DNA from: Octopus vulgaris
Taxonomy: Eukaryota
Length of the DNA: 64,000 nucleotides
Direction: 5' to 3'
Assembly (NCBI GenBank): GCA_951406725.2
Contig: OX597838.1
Location: 6,572,001-6,636,000 of the forward strand
Part shown: positions 14,521-28,780 of the stretch, piece after piece
How the letters are laid out: each line of letters starts with the position of its first letter
Numbering within the stretch: the stretch's first letter is position 1
Made by a program: the position numbers and the translations under genes
Notes under the pieces: model-generated
The model's input: only the letters and a program-made list of their open reading frames with translations
The model's database searches: none
What the model was told of the DNA's origin: nothing

Positions 14521-16028
14521 TTCTGAGTGTAAATATTTAAAAGGAGATGGACTTCTTCTGTCAAGAGTCGGTAACCACCAAATACTATGTAGATAATTTT
14601 GGAAACCGCTGAGCATTATTCGAATTAGTATTTCTGCAAAATCTGAAAATAACTATGCATAACACAACTAGTTCTTCATATGGTTCTACAGTATACACAA
14701 GCCATGACATTCGGAAGAATTCATTGCATTAAAATACGGTTTCTGCAACCAAAGCACCAGATTTATTCATAAATATATGGTGCATACAAACCAGACAAGT
14801 AAATCGGCTGCAGTTTTCAAAGTAAAATGGTATTTGCGTGAATATTTCTTGCCACAGCCTCAAACAAACAAATGCACGAATCAAACGAAATGGATGAAAA
14901 TAAAGTTGTGGACTAATAAAGTCATTTTAAATCTAAATCTATCCCTTGGAGAACACAACATACGCAAACAAAAATTTAGACAAGACACCTGGTAGTTCAA
15001 TATCGGATTTAAAATTACCATAGCTGCGCTATCCGCATATCAATATCAGATGGAGCATAATACAACCAACAGTTAGTGAATAAAAATATAATATTATAAT
15101 ATGTTAGGATATTCAAACATGCAGTAATAGCCTACATGTTAAGTACGGAATGTAGTTAAAAATGTGAACTAATCACGTCACGAAAACAATATATATATAC
15201 ATCTATATTTATAGATCTATATATATATATATATATATATTTATATTTATACTTATGTCAATAGATAAATTGATAAACAGAAAATATAATATACATATAT
15301 ATATATGATATATTATATATACTTATGTATATATACAAATGCATGTATATATATACGTACACACACACACACACACATATATATTTATATATATATTCAT
15401 TTATATAGAACATGCATATATATAAATATACTTACTTGGATATACGCTAGCGTTTATACACACAAGAACACACACGTCTACAGCTCTACTCCCCCCTGGC
15501 ACACAGTGGCCTATCTTGATGAATTTTTACTTCTGATCTTTGGTTTCTACGTAAACTAAAGGTGTAGATATCGAAGAGTTATAAATATAAATGATATACG
15601 GATAACGGTCATTCGAATTATCGGTAGTGAATTTATCGTGTGGAATTAATAACCATTTAAGCAACGCTAGAGGCGTATGGTTTCTACGATATCACATCTT
15701 AGGCAGATCTTAGGTATTGTGCAAGGAGTTATGTAGGGAAACCCACGTATATTTATGTATATGGTAACACGAATATTCTCCACAAAATATTCAATTATTA
15801 TTCGTATATCGAGGAAAATGGATTAACATGGATTCATATTATATCATGTTATATATAGATACGTGTGTATGTGCATGTGTGTGTGTGTGTACATATATGA
15901 TCTGCATTTGTGTGTGCACGTGATTGTGTGTACATGCGTTGGCTGTGGCAACAAAGAAATGGGGAGTGAATGGTAAAAGCAAAAAACATTAATACCTGCA
16001 CGTAAAGCATACAGTTACACTCTATAGC

Positions 16029-16059
<31 letters not shown>

Positions 16060-16106
16060 GAAAATGCGTAGATATACGTGTCGATGCGTATATCCAAGTA
16101 CATATT

Positions 16107-16158
<52 letters not shown>

Positions 16159-16210
16159 TATATGTATGTATGTATAAACATAAACACACACACACACACA
16201 CATATATATG

Positions 16211-16241
<31 letters not shown>

Positions 16242-16299
16242 TCTTTTCTACTCTAGGCAAAAGTCTGAAATTTTTCGATACCGAAATATTGGAATCCTA

Positions 16300-16376
16300 A
16301 CCGACCTCGGCGGAATTAGAATACAGAACGTAAATACAGAACGGCTAAGCACTTCGTCAGGTGTGCTAGTTCGCCT
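16300..16376 (-). mobile_element. SINE family B head fragment
   Basis: gacctcggcggaatt..cagaacgtaaa...gctaagcacttcg matches the 45553-45782 copy. Confidence 0.6.
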
Positions 16377-16398
16377 TTTATGTATATCTATCTATCTA

Positions 16399-16444
<46 letters not shown>

Positions 16445-16447
<3 letters not shown>

Positions 16448-16645
16448 ATTCGATAGCTCCTGCACGCATTTTTTTCTCTCCTTGTTTCTCTCCGTGTTTC
16501 TTTTCTGTGTATCTTTCTGCCGAAGAGCGTAGGCTCGAAACGTAAAAGACTTGTTTTATTTCTATTCCTGAGCGCCATACTAATACAATTGTTTGTTTGT
16601 ACTCCACCTGCCTTCATATTTTGCTTATTTTCGTAAAGCTTCCTG

Positions 16646-16650
<5 letters not shown>
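16445..16650 (+). mobile_element. Short interspersed element resembling a Penelope pLTR, containing a hammerhead-like motif
   Basis: Embedded in (TA)n. Homologous to 51508-51710 and, for the 3' half, to 39241-39325. Confidence 0.6.
16512..16549 (+). ncRNA. Minimal type-I hammerhead-like motif with variant core (CUGCCGA)
   Basis: UCUUU-CUGCCGA-A-GAGC(GUAG)GCUC-GAAA-CG-UA-AAAGA: 5-bp stem I, perfect 4-bp stem II and palindromic ACGU stem III. Confidence 0.65.
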
Positions 16651-16684
<34 letters not shown>

Positions 16685-17084
16685 AGTACACCATACAAAA
16701 ATATTTGTGTTGATTAATATTTATATTACGTACGTATAACTCTCTATATGAATATATTTGCATAGAGAGAGAGAGAGCGATTTATATCCTTAACAATATA
16801 GTAGAAAGTTAACCATCATATTTGTCTATATTCTTGTTTGTAACATGGTACCGCTCTCACGTGTTTGTGCGCATACGTGCTCGTGGGCCCGCGTATATAC
16901 GACGAATCTGGATAACTAAGTCTTAGATGCAATCATTGTTAATTATTTGAAAGTGGACAGATAGAATGAAATGCTAACAGACTTTCATTATTTGTATATA
17001 GAGAGATAGGGAGATATCATAGATAACTAGATACTGACTCTGATAGAACAGCTATATGCATACTCGGTTATACATCCATGCAGG

Positions 17085-17664
<580 letters not shown>

Positions 17665-18287
17665 AATCGTGTGATAAACAGCGCACGTATCTGAAATATC
17701 TGTTGACTTTTATGGTTTCCTCGAAACTAGTCACGTTGTTTAAACAGGTTAAAGATCACTCATATCCTTGCATGGTAATCTTTGTTATCTCCTATAATTC
17801 TTCGTGTTGATTTATCTAGTTTTGCAAACCCCCCTCCGCCGCCATCACCACCGCCTTAATATTTTTCAATCCCTTACCGCTCATCCACCCACCCACCAAT
17901 TTACACTTCACCCTTTACCTCAGCTAGCGCATCGCTGTAGTATGGCTGCTAAAGTCGCTTGCATCTCTCCGTTCCTTGAGCAGGCGAGGTTTATCAGAAT
18001 ATCTCGTAAGTCGTGAAATATAGATTTATCGATGTACATTCAACCAATATAAAGTTGGATGTTTGACCACGATGATTAATACAACCACGCACCTCCCTTT
18101 CTCTCCCTTTCTCTCTCTTTCTCTCTCTCTCTTTCTCTCATTCTTTCTTTCATGTTTTCCGTCTTTTTCTCTTTCTATTCTCTCTACGCATTCTACAGGC
18201 TCTCTCCTTTTCTCACTTTGTCTTAATATCTCGTATATACATATACATAAATCTACACACACATATATACACATACATCTATTTATG

Positions 18288-18330
<43 letters not shown>

Positions 18331-18444
18331 TTGTATATACTTATATAGCTATATCGATATTTATCTATCGATAAATATACACGCACACACACATATATAC
18401 ATATATATATATATATTGAATATATAATTCTATATACATTTGAG

Positions 18445-18489
<45 letters not shown>

Positions 18490-18547
18490 CTATATACATT
18501 TGAATATATATATATATATGTATATGTATATATATATTATATATGTA

Positions 18548-18586
<39 letters not shown>

Positions 18587-20072
18587 ATTTATATATATAT
18601 ATATATATATATATTTGTATGAATGATGAAATAGTTCGCATCCTTTCTCTCATTCACTATATTTGCAAAACTTGTCTAACTCTGTGTGTGTGTGTGTGTG
18701 TGTGTCTACATAGTTCCGTTCGTCTCGTCCCCTTATCTCTTTCCACTATCTCTCTGTAGCTAATTCTATCATTAATATTCCTGCTTTGTATGAAGGTGAT
18801 AATTTCACAGAACATTAGAGAAGTTGATTGTACGTATATTAAACTATATCTTTCACTTTCTTTTAATTTCCAACTTTAAATCCCCAACACGGAATACGTT
18901 CGTTTTCTCCATTCGTTCTTCTAGGATCGATAAAATATGTAAATTTAATTTAAAACTAAACATTCAGCCATATAAAACAAAACTTTTATTTCTGTGTCCT
19001 GTGGTGTAGTTTTAGATAAATGAATAATCTGATATGCTTCTAAATCGATTAGATTAAAGTGATGTGAAGACTCCCTTGGAATATCCACTGGATAATGAGC
19101 TCAATGTGAATTGAAGGATCTGAAATCAAGTTTGTAAAGACGCTAAGGGGCAATATTTCAGGACCACTAGTTTCAATTTCCCAACCAACTGAATTAAATA
19201 ATGAATCGATTATGCTCTACGTGGTTGAATGTATCACAGACGTGTATTGTTTAGCATGATTTCTATTAAATGATACCTTCAAACAAAGTAAATACTCATG
19301 GTATTAGCATATAAATATTTGTGTATTCCACAGACCCCAGCACCCTGTATGTTAAATTTCGGGCTCACTAACGCAGAAAGGGCTTGAGAATGTCGAAAGT
19401 TGATGTTTTCAATTTGGGGTGGTCTCTAGTCGATAGGATCACAAGCATTATTCATGTATCAGATTTCACTTTGAAAACTTTGGCGTTAATCAATGGGAAG
19501 TTAATCTTCGGTCATTTATTTGCTTCATTCACTGGGCTGCGGCGATGCAGGATAATCCTTAGAGGATATCAGAGAACAAATCCACTCCAGTACTAGTTGG
19601 CTTCTAAAACCCGAGAAAGGATTTTTATCAGTTCTTTTCGTTGAGTCGCTACATAATCGGCCAGGAAAAAGAATTTATTGTCAAGTGCACCGTCGGGGAC
19701 AAACCCAAATGCAAGAATATGCACACACCGCACACATACATACTATAAGCACATACAGATATATTACAATATAAAGGATTCAGTAGAGAATCGGGTACTT
19801 AAATGGTATGCACCTGTGAGCAGCACATTTAGTCTTATCAATAACCTGGGTGGTGAAGTAACCCAGTGAGTTATTTAGGCCGTGTACATAAATGAAATCC
19901 ACTGCTATGAGTATCTAACACCCGAGGCTGGTACAAATCGTACGTTGTATAGATCACACGGTGCCTGGTATACGCTAGGAATTCCGATAGGGCGTCAATC
20001 TCTTTGGGGTATTATTAGCAAAGAGAAAGGAACATTTATCCATTATCCGTTTCTTCTTTGGTATATATTTAT

Positions 20073-20128
<56 letters not shown>

Positions 20129-20330
20129 AAGATGAATAATCTTGTTGCAGATTAATCAAAAGTTTAACCGATACCTTGGTAGCAAAAATCACAGCAGAAG
20201 ACAGCACGGTTGGAGGTACAACCCTATGGTGTTGCAACCGTGCGTTGGTGCGGATAATTGAATTTTAATATAATTAGTGAATTGAAGAAATGGAGTTGAA
20301 CGAAGATTGAACAGAAATCGCTTTACTGCA

Positions 20331-20410
20331 TTCTACACGTGTTTCGAAAGGCACAATTTACCAAATTCCGATTGAATAAGGAGACCATATTGTGTCTTTC
20401 TCTTCAGGAA
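20331..20410 (-). ncRNA. Type-I hammerhead ribozyme with intact core
   Basis: Minus strand reads UUC-CUGAAGA-GAAAGACACAAU-(31 nt)-AUUGUGCCUUUC-GAAA-CACGUG-UA-GAA. All core nucleotides are present, stem II pairs 11 of 12 with G10.1-C11.1, stem III is the palindrome ACACGUGU, and the triplet is GUA. Confidence 0.85.
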
Positions 20411-20560
20411 GAAATAGGAAATCCGTTGGAAAAAACAAAAACAGAACAGAGGCGGAGCAAGACAAATCGAACGAGGCTCCTAAGAGCCCATGGCCAAACT
20501 GTTTATCAATGTATGTTGAAAACGGGTGGTGGGTGCGTTGAAGATTTTAACGGGTCAGGC

Positions 20561-20864
20561 AGCGGTCATTCCAGTGGGTGAGAGCACGGGGTGCTTAGAT
20601 GTTCTTTGTGACCGAGACTAAAGTTCTGACTATTTAAAGAATATTAGGTCTATTATATGGGGCGAGTAAATCTACTTAGAAACATGTGTGTGTGTACGTA
20701 AACAGCCATACACAATGGTCACTGCTGTAAAATCAGTAATGGTCACTGCTGTAATTGCCTCGCCCCATATAATACACCTAATATTCTTTAAATAGTTAGA
20801 ACTTTAGTCTCGGTTACAAAGAACATCTAAGCACCCCGTGCTCTCACCCACTGGAATGACCGCT
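20561..20864. repeat. 106-bp inverted repeat with 92-nt spacer
   Basis: 20561-20666 matches the reverse complement of 20759-20864 with 3 mismatches. The spacer contains aatggtcactgctgtaa twice. Confidence 0.95.
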
Positions 20865-20958
20865 CACTAATAATATATATATATATATATATATATATCT
20901 TTACAAAATCCACTGGCAAGGAATTCGTCGGTCCGTCGATATAGTAAAAAAAACTAAA

Positions 20959-21091
20959 GCGGTGAGCTGGCAGGAACGTTAGCACGCCGGACATAATACG
21001 GTATTTCGTCTGTCTTTACGTTCTGATTTCAAATTCCGCTGAGGTCGGCTTTGTGTTGCATCATTTAACAGTCGAGAAATTAAGTACCAGT
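20959..21091 (+). mobile_element. SINE family B (Meta-domain-like), 3'-truncated
   Basis: gcggtgagctggcaggaacgttagcacgccgg...ttcaaattccgctgaggtcgg...aattaagtaccagt. Confidence 0.75.
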
Positions 21092-21448
21092 ATCGAGAAA
21101 CGCCCACCAAAATATCAATTCTCACAGCTGAGTGAGTCACTCCTCGCGACCGCATCAGACAAATATCTAGGACCCACTGAGGATTTCATATTCGAGGGAA
21201 AAGCAATATCAAAAAAATAATAATTTCCCACCGAATCCATAAAATGACAGATGCCTTCCTTCCAGTCGCATCTTCAACGACTCTTTAATTCAAGACGGCT
21301 TCCAAGCACGTTTTGATAGTCTTCACTCTCAAAAGTGACTGACAACTCACGCATGCGTGGTAAACAAGCTACATACCACACAACCACATCTGCACATATG
21401 AATATATATACATATATCTATATACATATATATATATTTATATATATA

Positions 21449-21500
<52 letters not shown>

Positions 21501-21501
21501 T

Positions 21502-21584
<83 letters not shown>

Positions 21585-22058
21585 TATATATATGTATATA
21601 TATATTTATGTATATATGCATAAGTAACTATATATTTATTTTAGTTGAACGCAAGTAAAAGTCAACAAATTCCTTCTCCTCCATGTGCGTGTCTGCCTGT
21701 AAGTGTGTATGTGCCTTCCTTTATGTAAGAATGTATGTATATCCTTATGTACATTTGTATGATTTGTTTTTAGCTGGTTCCGATCAAAGAATTCTTGTGT
21801 AATCAATTCCAGTCAACGCATTATCTCTTGCTTTTGTACCATTGAATAACAACAAAATCTTCAGTTCATCTAACCCCCAGCCAAAGTATGTTATTCATTC
21901 TTCAGTGTTCCGCGTACAAATGTGAGTACGTTTCATAAAATATCTTCGTTTCGAGGAAAAATTGTATATATGTGTGTCTGTTTGTAAATATGTATGTATT
22001 TGTGAGAGTGCCTGAGTGTCTGTGTATGTGTGTGTATGTATGCATATATATACATATC

Positions 22059-22121
<63 letters not shown>

Positions 22122-22347
22122 AGATATATATGTATGTATATATAAGTATACATATATAAAAGTATACACACGCACATACATATAAGGGGGTATTCACTAA
22201 AATTGTAAAGACGATCAGTAGTTTGTGATGAGCCTTCCACTTCAAAAGCTGTAATTTGTTGACAACAGTGTAACATGTTTAGAAGGGGGTTATTAAAGGG
22301 AGAATACAACACATATACATAGAACTATATACTCACGCATGCACACA

Positions 22348-22382
<35 letters not shown>

Positions 22383-22455
22383 GTTTACATGATATCCTCT
22401 ATTTACATAATATCGAGGTCTCTTTCATTCCTTTTTTGTCTTACCATTTCCATTG

Positions 22456-22503
<48 letters not shown>

Positions 22504-22868
22504 CAGATAGATTGATAGATAATTACAGAGAAATACTTACATTTATATACATGTGTATGTATACGTCTGTGACTTCAGGGATGCAGATAGATCGATCACC
22601 AACTCCTGTCTGGCAAATGTGTATAAAGATAGACAGATCAATATATGCATATCTGTGAGTGGGTGCAATATATACCAAATTTGAGAATTTATTCTGAATT
22701 TCACACTTAGAAGTGCTACTCTTTACTGATACATACATATATACATACGTACAATATGTATAAATATATATATATACACACGGAGCAAATAATTTAGGAG
22801 AAAAGTGTATGTATATGTATATGTATATATACATATACATATATATATATATATATAAATATATATAC

Positions 22869-23268
22869 AGACGCACGCTTGCCTGTGTTGTAAGAGAGTT
22901 GCTTTTCAACCACATTACTCCGAGTTTAATGCCACTAACTGGCATCTTTTAAATGTATCTACTACTCTGGCCTCAGGCCGACCAAAAGTGAGTTGGTTTG
23001 ATAGACGGTAATTGAAAGAATCCCTTTGTATATATATATATATATATATATATTCACACACAATTGTATGTGTGCTTGTGTCCCAGCCCCCACAATCGCT
23101 TCACAACTGATGTTGGTGTGTTTTTGTCCGTGAAACTTAGCGGTTCGGGAAGAGAGAAGGATAGATGAAGAACTAGGCTTACAAAATATAAGTCCTGCTG
23201 TTGATTTCTTCGACTACAAGCGGTGCTTCAACATGGCTGATTTCAACTGACTGAACCGTGTAAAACAA
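22869..23268 (+). mobile_element. Diverged SINE family A, full length
   Basis: Collinear with the 51789-52198 copy (ggccgaccaaa, tgttggtgtgtt, cttagcggttcgg, gcggtgcttcaacatggc). Confidence 0.75.
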
Positions 23269-23270
23269 TA

Positions 23271-23325
<55 letters not shown>

Positions 23326-23489
23326 AACACAGCTATATAGTTGTTTGGCCTTGTTAGGCGCTGCATCTAGTTGTACCTATATAATATAGGATAAATATGA
23401 TAATAAGTATAGCCCTAGGAAGAAATTTGTTAACACGTAATACCCTCTTTTCCTCACCTGTATTATCGCTGCGAGTTTGGCAACCGATT

Positions 23490-23760
23490 TTACTTTCAAG
23501 TTTTCAACGAGCCTCCTATTAAAATCCGTGCAAATTTTCCCATGTTTTCACTCAGGTAAAGATTGCATGCTTATAAATGGCGTTTATATATGTCGCCTTT
23601 CGCATAAGCTGACCATTTTCTACAGTTTCATGAAATTCTTTAAATATCAAACGTTTAACTATAAATTCGTTTCAATGATTAAAGTCCACCACATCACTTG
23701 GTCGAAATCCTTGGTACTGCTATGGGTCTATATATTGGTCTACGCATACAGACTCCACGC
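23490..23760 (+). pseudogene. Possible Penelope-type RT fragment
   Basis: LTINSFQ* followed, after a frameshift, by VEILGTAMG, resembling the N.F.F....Y.Q..G.AMG motif of Penelope RTs. Confidence 0.35.
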
Positions 23761-24366
23761 CGAGGCAGGTATGCAGGTATTTTAAGGAAAGAACTATCGA
23801 TAGTGCAGTATGAATTAAGTTCGGTTATAGGTAAAGAAAATCCTCTTGTGAAATTCAAACAAATTTCGTACAATACAAGGAAATAATTTATCATTATTAT
23901 TACTATTCCAATGTTCGTATTCAATCATTTTTTTCCCTCTAAACAGATATTATACTGATAAATGAGATTCAAACGATTCGACTAATTATTGTTTAATTAG
24001 ATATAATGGTCTCGTACATTTAAATTAATTAAATTTGTAACGCTGTTCGTCATTAATATATATTTCATACGATATATCGGTTATGTCTGTGTAGATAGTG
24101 AAATAGCTAATTTCATTTAGAACAATGAATGTTGCAAGCTACAAAAGATAACAAAAGCGAAAAGTGTTAGATATGTATTGTTCAGTTCGCAGTACACTAG
24201 AAATATAATACGTACACGCATACACGCACTCACGCTTACAAGCACACCGCGACACATAAACATATATATATACACATTCATACATACATACACACATACA
24301 TACATATATTTATATATATATATTTATATATATTCATATACATTTATATATATATATACATATATG

Positions 24367-24411
<45 letters not shown>

Positions 24412-24529
24412 TTGTGTGTGTGTGTATATATGGTATATTGCTGGTTACCTATCTATATACATACAAACATATATATATTCATATATACATTTATATATAT
24501 ACATATACACTTATATATATACATATATG

Positions 24530-24587
<58 letters not shown>

Positions 24588-24994
24588 GTATATAGCTGGT
24601 TACCTATCTATATACATATATACAGATAGATAGGTGCATGTGTGTGTGTATTTATATTTATATATGTATATACATATATGCATCTGTATATATATGATAG
24701 TGTATATATGTATATATATATATGTGTGTGTATGTGTATATGTGATCGTTTCTCTCTCTGTGTGTATGTGTGTGCTTAATTGAATGTAAAAGGAAAGACA
24801 ACGTAATTAATATATTTGATAGTTATTCGCTGGCATTATCAGCCATTGTAGTTCCTTGCTTTTGTTGCCTAATTGCATTGCAGTTTTGCTGCAGCGCCGT
24901 GCACAGAGGGCTCACGCGATATATCAACTCTGTTTCTTTGGTACTTATGTTATGAAGGTTCTAGAAGACATATTGAAATCGTTATGATTTAATG

Positions 24995-25224
24995 CAGTAG
25001 TTTTCAACACGTTATGCCTATGAACCCCCTATGAATCCTCTATCACTCTGCTGTACCCTCATAGCCATTCGATTTTATGATTAAATATTATTAGGAATTC
25101 TATACAATTTTTAACATATTTGGTGCCGTTTTGATACATAACCATCTATTATAAAAATGGATTTTAACAACAAATCCTTATATGAACTCTCAACGGTTAT
25201 ATCGACCTTGGTTGAGAATCATTT
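24995..25224. mobile_element. hAT/Charlie-like MITE
   Basis: Ends CAGTAGTTTTCAAC and GTTGAGAATCATTT are a degenerate CAGTGGTTCTCAAC-type TIR, with subterminal atgaaccc motifs. Confidence 0.55.
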
Positions 25225-26370
25225 GTCTAACGAAAAAGAAGGCCCTGATGTAAAACATGATTTCTTGCATACATAGACGTATATTTAAACTATGAATATG
25301 TATTACTATCTAAGCATTTGGTTTGAAAGCCTTGGACATTTTCAATGATATATTTTAATTATCAGTAAGCCTTTGGATGTGTCTACATAGTAAAATACGA
25401 AATATATAACCTAAGATAAGAAAAATGTCATTTTCTTAAACAGGAAAATGTGCTCAACTTAGGTAAACAGAAGTTACTAGCTTCAAAAAATTGTATAAGA
25501 GCAAAATTTGGTAACTGTTTAATATGCAAATATATCTATATTCATATTGTCTGATCAGAATGATTCGTATTAAAGCTGAAGGAATGCAGCAGTGCAATTT
25601 CGTATACAGGCAAATGAAGTAATACACACCTCTGAATCGGAAAATAATAGAGAGGTGGAGAAGTCGTGAAGCTTTACCTTTTAAAAATCATTTTACTTCA
25701 TATGACCCACTTATGCTATGCCTCCAGCCCCATATATCATCCCTTTGTCCCGTCATCCCCCATCGATTCTACCCCACTTCAAACGCGGCCTTGCAACACA
25801 TCTTTCAAATGGCTCCAATATTCATCCGTAATTTCTCCAGTTTCATTTTAAATTCTTCGTCCACCTCAACGTCATTCTGCTATGTCGTCAGTGTTTGCAC
25901 TCTACGTATTTATTCCTCATTTCATTCGTGTATTTATTTACCTCTTAATTTCCTTTTATTTTTCTGTATTTTTCCTTTTCCTTTCTGCTCCCTAAACCCT
26001 ATTCCGTTTTTTTCTCTCGCCTTCTTTCTATCTCAAGCTCTATCCTCTATCCCTTTCTAATAAAACTTTATTGCTACTTCGTGCTTCTTTTACTCCTCTC
26101 CCCCTCTCTCTCTCTCTCTGCCAGCCGTACTCTGTTAACATAGACTCGCCAAAGCTATATATAGGGCAGGATATATTCATATCATACATATTTAGAAAAC
26201 TCTTGAATGAAAAAGATAATATGCAACAGATAGATAATTTCTCTCACACATGTATCTGAAACACGTGTAATAAAAACATTTAAGATATTTATATTTTCTT
26301 CACCTTATGATACACAAATTAACTATGAAACCCGCATACAGGCATGCACAGATACACACAGCCACACTCC

Positions 26371-26432
<62 letters not shown>

Positions 26433-26909
26433 CATACAAGCGCATATATATGACTGAATAACTTTGAATATTATTACGGATATTCGTATATTCGTAGCCA
26501 TGTTTCCACAGTCACTAAAATAAGCAACCTTTGACTTCCAGATAAATCTGAAGTGAGGTATATTCTACTTATCTAACGTTGCTGCTTAGTTTCCCTCCGT
26601 CTGTTTTCATTCTGAGACTCTACTTCATCTTCTGTCCATACATATTAAACATACATATTACTCTTTTTCATTTCTCGATCTCTATATTTCTCTCTATTTA
26701 TCTTTCAGAAACACACACATACACATACACGCACACATGTACGTATGAGAGTGTGTCGCCTTCTTTTTCTTCATCTCTCACTCACTCTCCCAGAATATGT
26801 ATGCAGATGTGTATGTATATGTGAGGTTTAAGTATGCAATGAAGGATGCTGTTATATATACACACAGTTATATACGTGTGCTTCAGGCATGTTTATGTCG
26901 ACTTGTATG

Positions 26910-26958
<49 letters not shown>

Positions 26959-27064
26959 GTGTCTAAAAATATAATCTAAAATATGCATTTATATAAGAGT
27001 ATATGTCTATCTATAAATAAGTGTAATTTATCTGTGTATGTGTGTATGTATATATGTATATATA

Positions 27065-27104
<40 letters not shown>

Positions 27105-27133
27105 CGGATACACATACACAAACACATACACAC

Positions 27134-27208
<75 letters not shown>

Positions 27209-27580
27209 TTAGCATTAATTCAATACATATCTGCAATTTGTTAATTTGTGAATAAGTTAAAATTTAGTTGAAATCCATTTGCATATGTCAGCTGAAACGC
27301 ATTTCTCTTTCCATCTGCCAATTCTAACAGGGTGATAAGGTTGTCGGGTAACCAATGCATATCAGTTTAGCTAATTACGATTAGAAGACGAACTTCGAAC
27401 TAAATGGAATTAGATTAAGGAATTGAAACTTATATAGACGCTTCGAATTCCATGTTAGCTAATCTTGTCTACGAGACTATGTTGCCATGTGCATCAGACT
27501 CTCTTACTCTCTAGGTATGTGCAAATGCAAAAAGTCACACACGCAGACATAGCATAATAGTGTACACTGATGCTTAGGCG

Positions 27581-27647
<67 letters not shown>

Positions 27648-27695
27648 CATATACACATATATATATATATATAATATACATATAATATACACAAA

Positions 27696-27750
27696 TGGCG
27701 GTGCCCCAGCATGGCCACAGCTCATGAGCTGAAACTAGAATCAATCAATC
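27696..27750 (+). mobile_element. Isolated retroelement 3' tail related to the SINE family A tail
   Basis: ggcggtgccccagcatggccacagctcatgagctgaaac followed by (aatc)n. Antisense homolog at 44985-45026. Confidence 0.65.
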
Positions 27751-27766
27751 ATACACGTAACACCCC

Positions 27767-27798
<32 letters not shown>

Positions 27799-27815
27799 CA
27801 TATATATATATAGAT

Positions 27816-27866
<51 letters not shown>

Positions 27867-27909
27867 TAGATATATGTATACATATATAATGAGCCTATAT
27901 ATTTATGCG

Positions 27910-27942
<33 letters not shown>

Positions 27943-28377
27943 ACGGGGATATGTGTATATATATAGAAAGAGAGACAAATAGATAAGAAAACTAGCGATG
28001 CGGTTACATCTTCCACTAAGACATCTACTAACTTAGCATAACGAAGTGGGAGTTTGGTCGTGTGGTAACTTCCTTATGCTAAGATACTAGTTGTCTTAAA
28101 CAGATGCACTCACGCAAAAGCTGAGGAGTGCCTCACTTCCAGTTGTCTTCCAGCACGCTGGGCATAGACCCAGAATGTTTATATGTCCATCGTATCGATT
28201 GACTTTCGTTGAACCTCCACTGGGTTCATCAGTTTTGCAAGGGACTTGTATATAGCCTTCATCGGTATCTAGCAACGTCACTAGGCAAGCCTGGGTGCCT
28301 TGCCGGTTTCGTCAATAACGATCCAACCATGTACCAGGTGGTAACGGATTTCATGTTAACAGTAGCATTACAATTGG

Positions 28378-28423
<46 letters not shown>

Positions 28424-28675
28424 ACACAAACACACACACACAAACACGCACACATACATATGAATGCGGAAACTCAAACAATTAAAATTATGAAGCAAAG
28501 GCAACTTAGGAGGAGATGAAAAAGGAATTTTGCAATCTAATGATTGGTTCATTTCCCTCATGTGTTTCGGTGTGTGTTTGTGAGCTCACCCAGACACATA
28601 CACACACACACCCACACATATATATATATATATATATATATGCACAGACACACATATATATACACACACACACAC

Positions 28676-28716
<41 letters not shown>

Positions 28717-28745
28717 AGACACACATATATATAGACACACACACG

Positions 28746-28780
<35 letters not shown>

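Larger units (their letters stand above)
20125..20866 (-). mobile_element. Penelope-like element end (pLTR) with inverted terminal segment
   Basis: Unique block bounded by (TA)n on both sides. It contains a minimal hammerhead and an inverted duplication, both characteristic of Penelope-like insertions. No ORF homology visible. Confidence 0.55.

Noticed and set aside
24300-24620. Repeat-spacer-like recurrence of ggtata(t)-gctggttacctatctatatacata
   Set aside because: A two-copy local duplication within microsatellite DNA, not a CRISPR array. The context is eukaryotic, with no cas genes.
28190-28275. Minus-strand CTGATGA...GAAA hammerhead-like text
   Set aside because: Stem II does not close next to GAAA, and no stem III or cleavage triplet can be formed.
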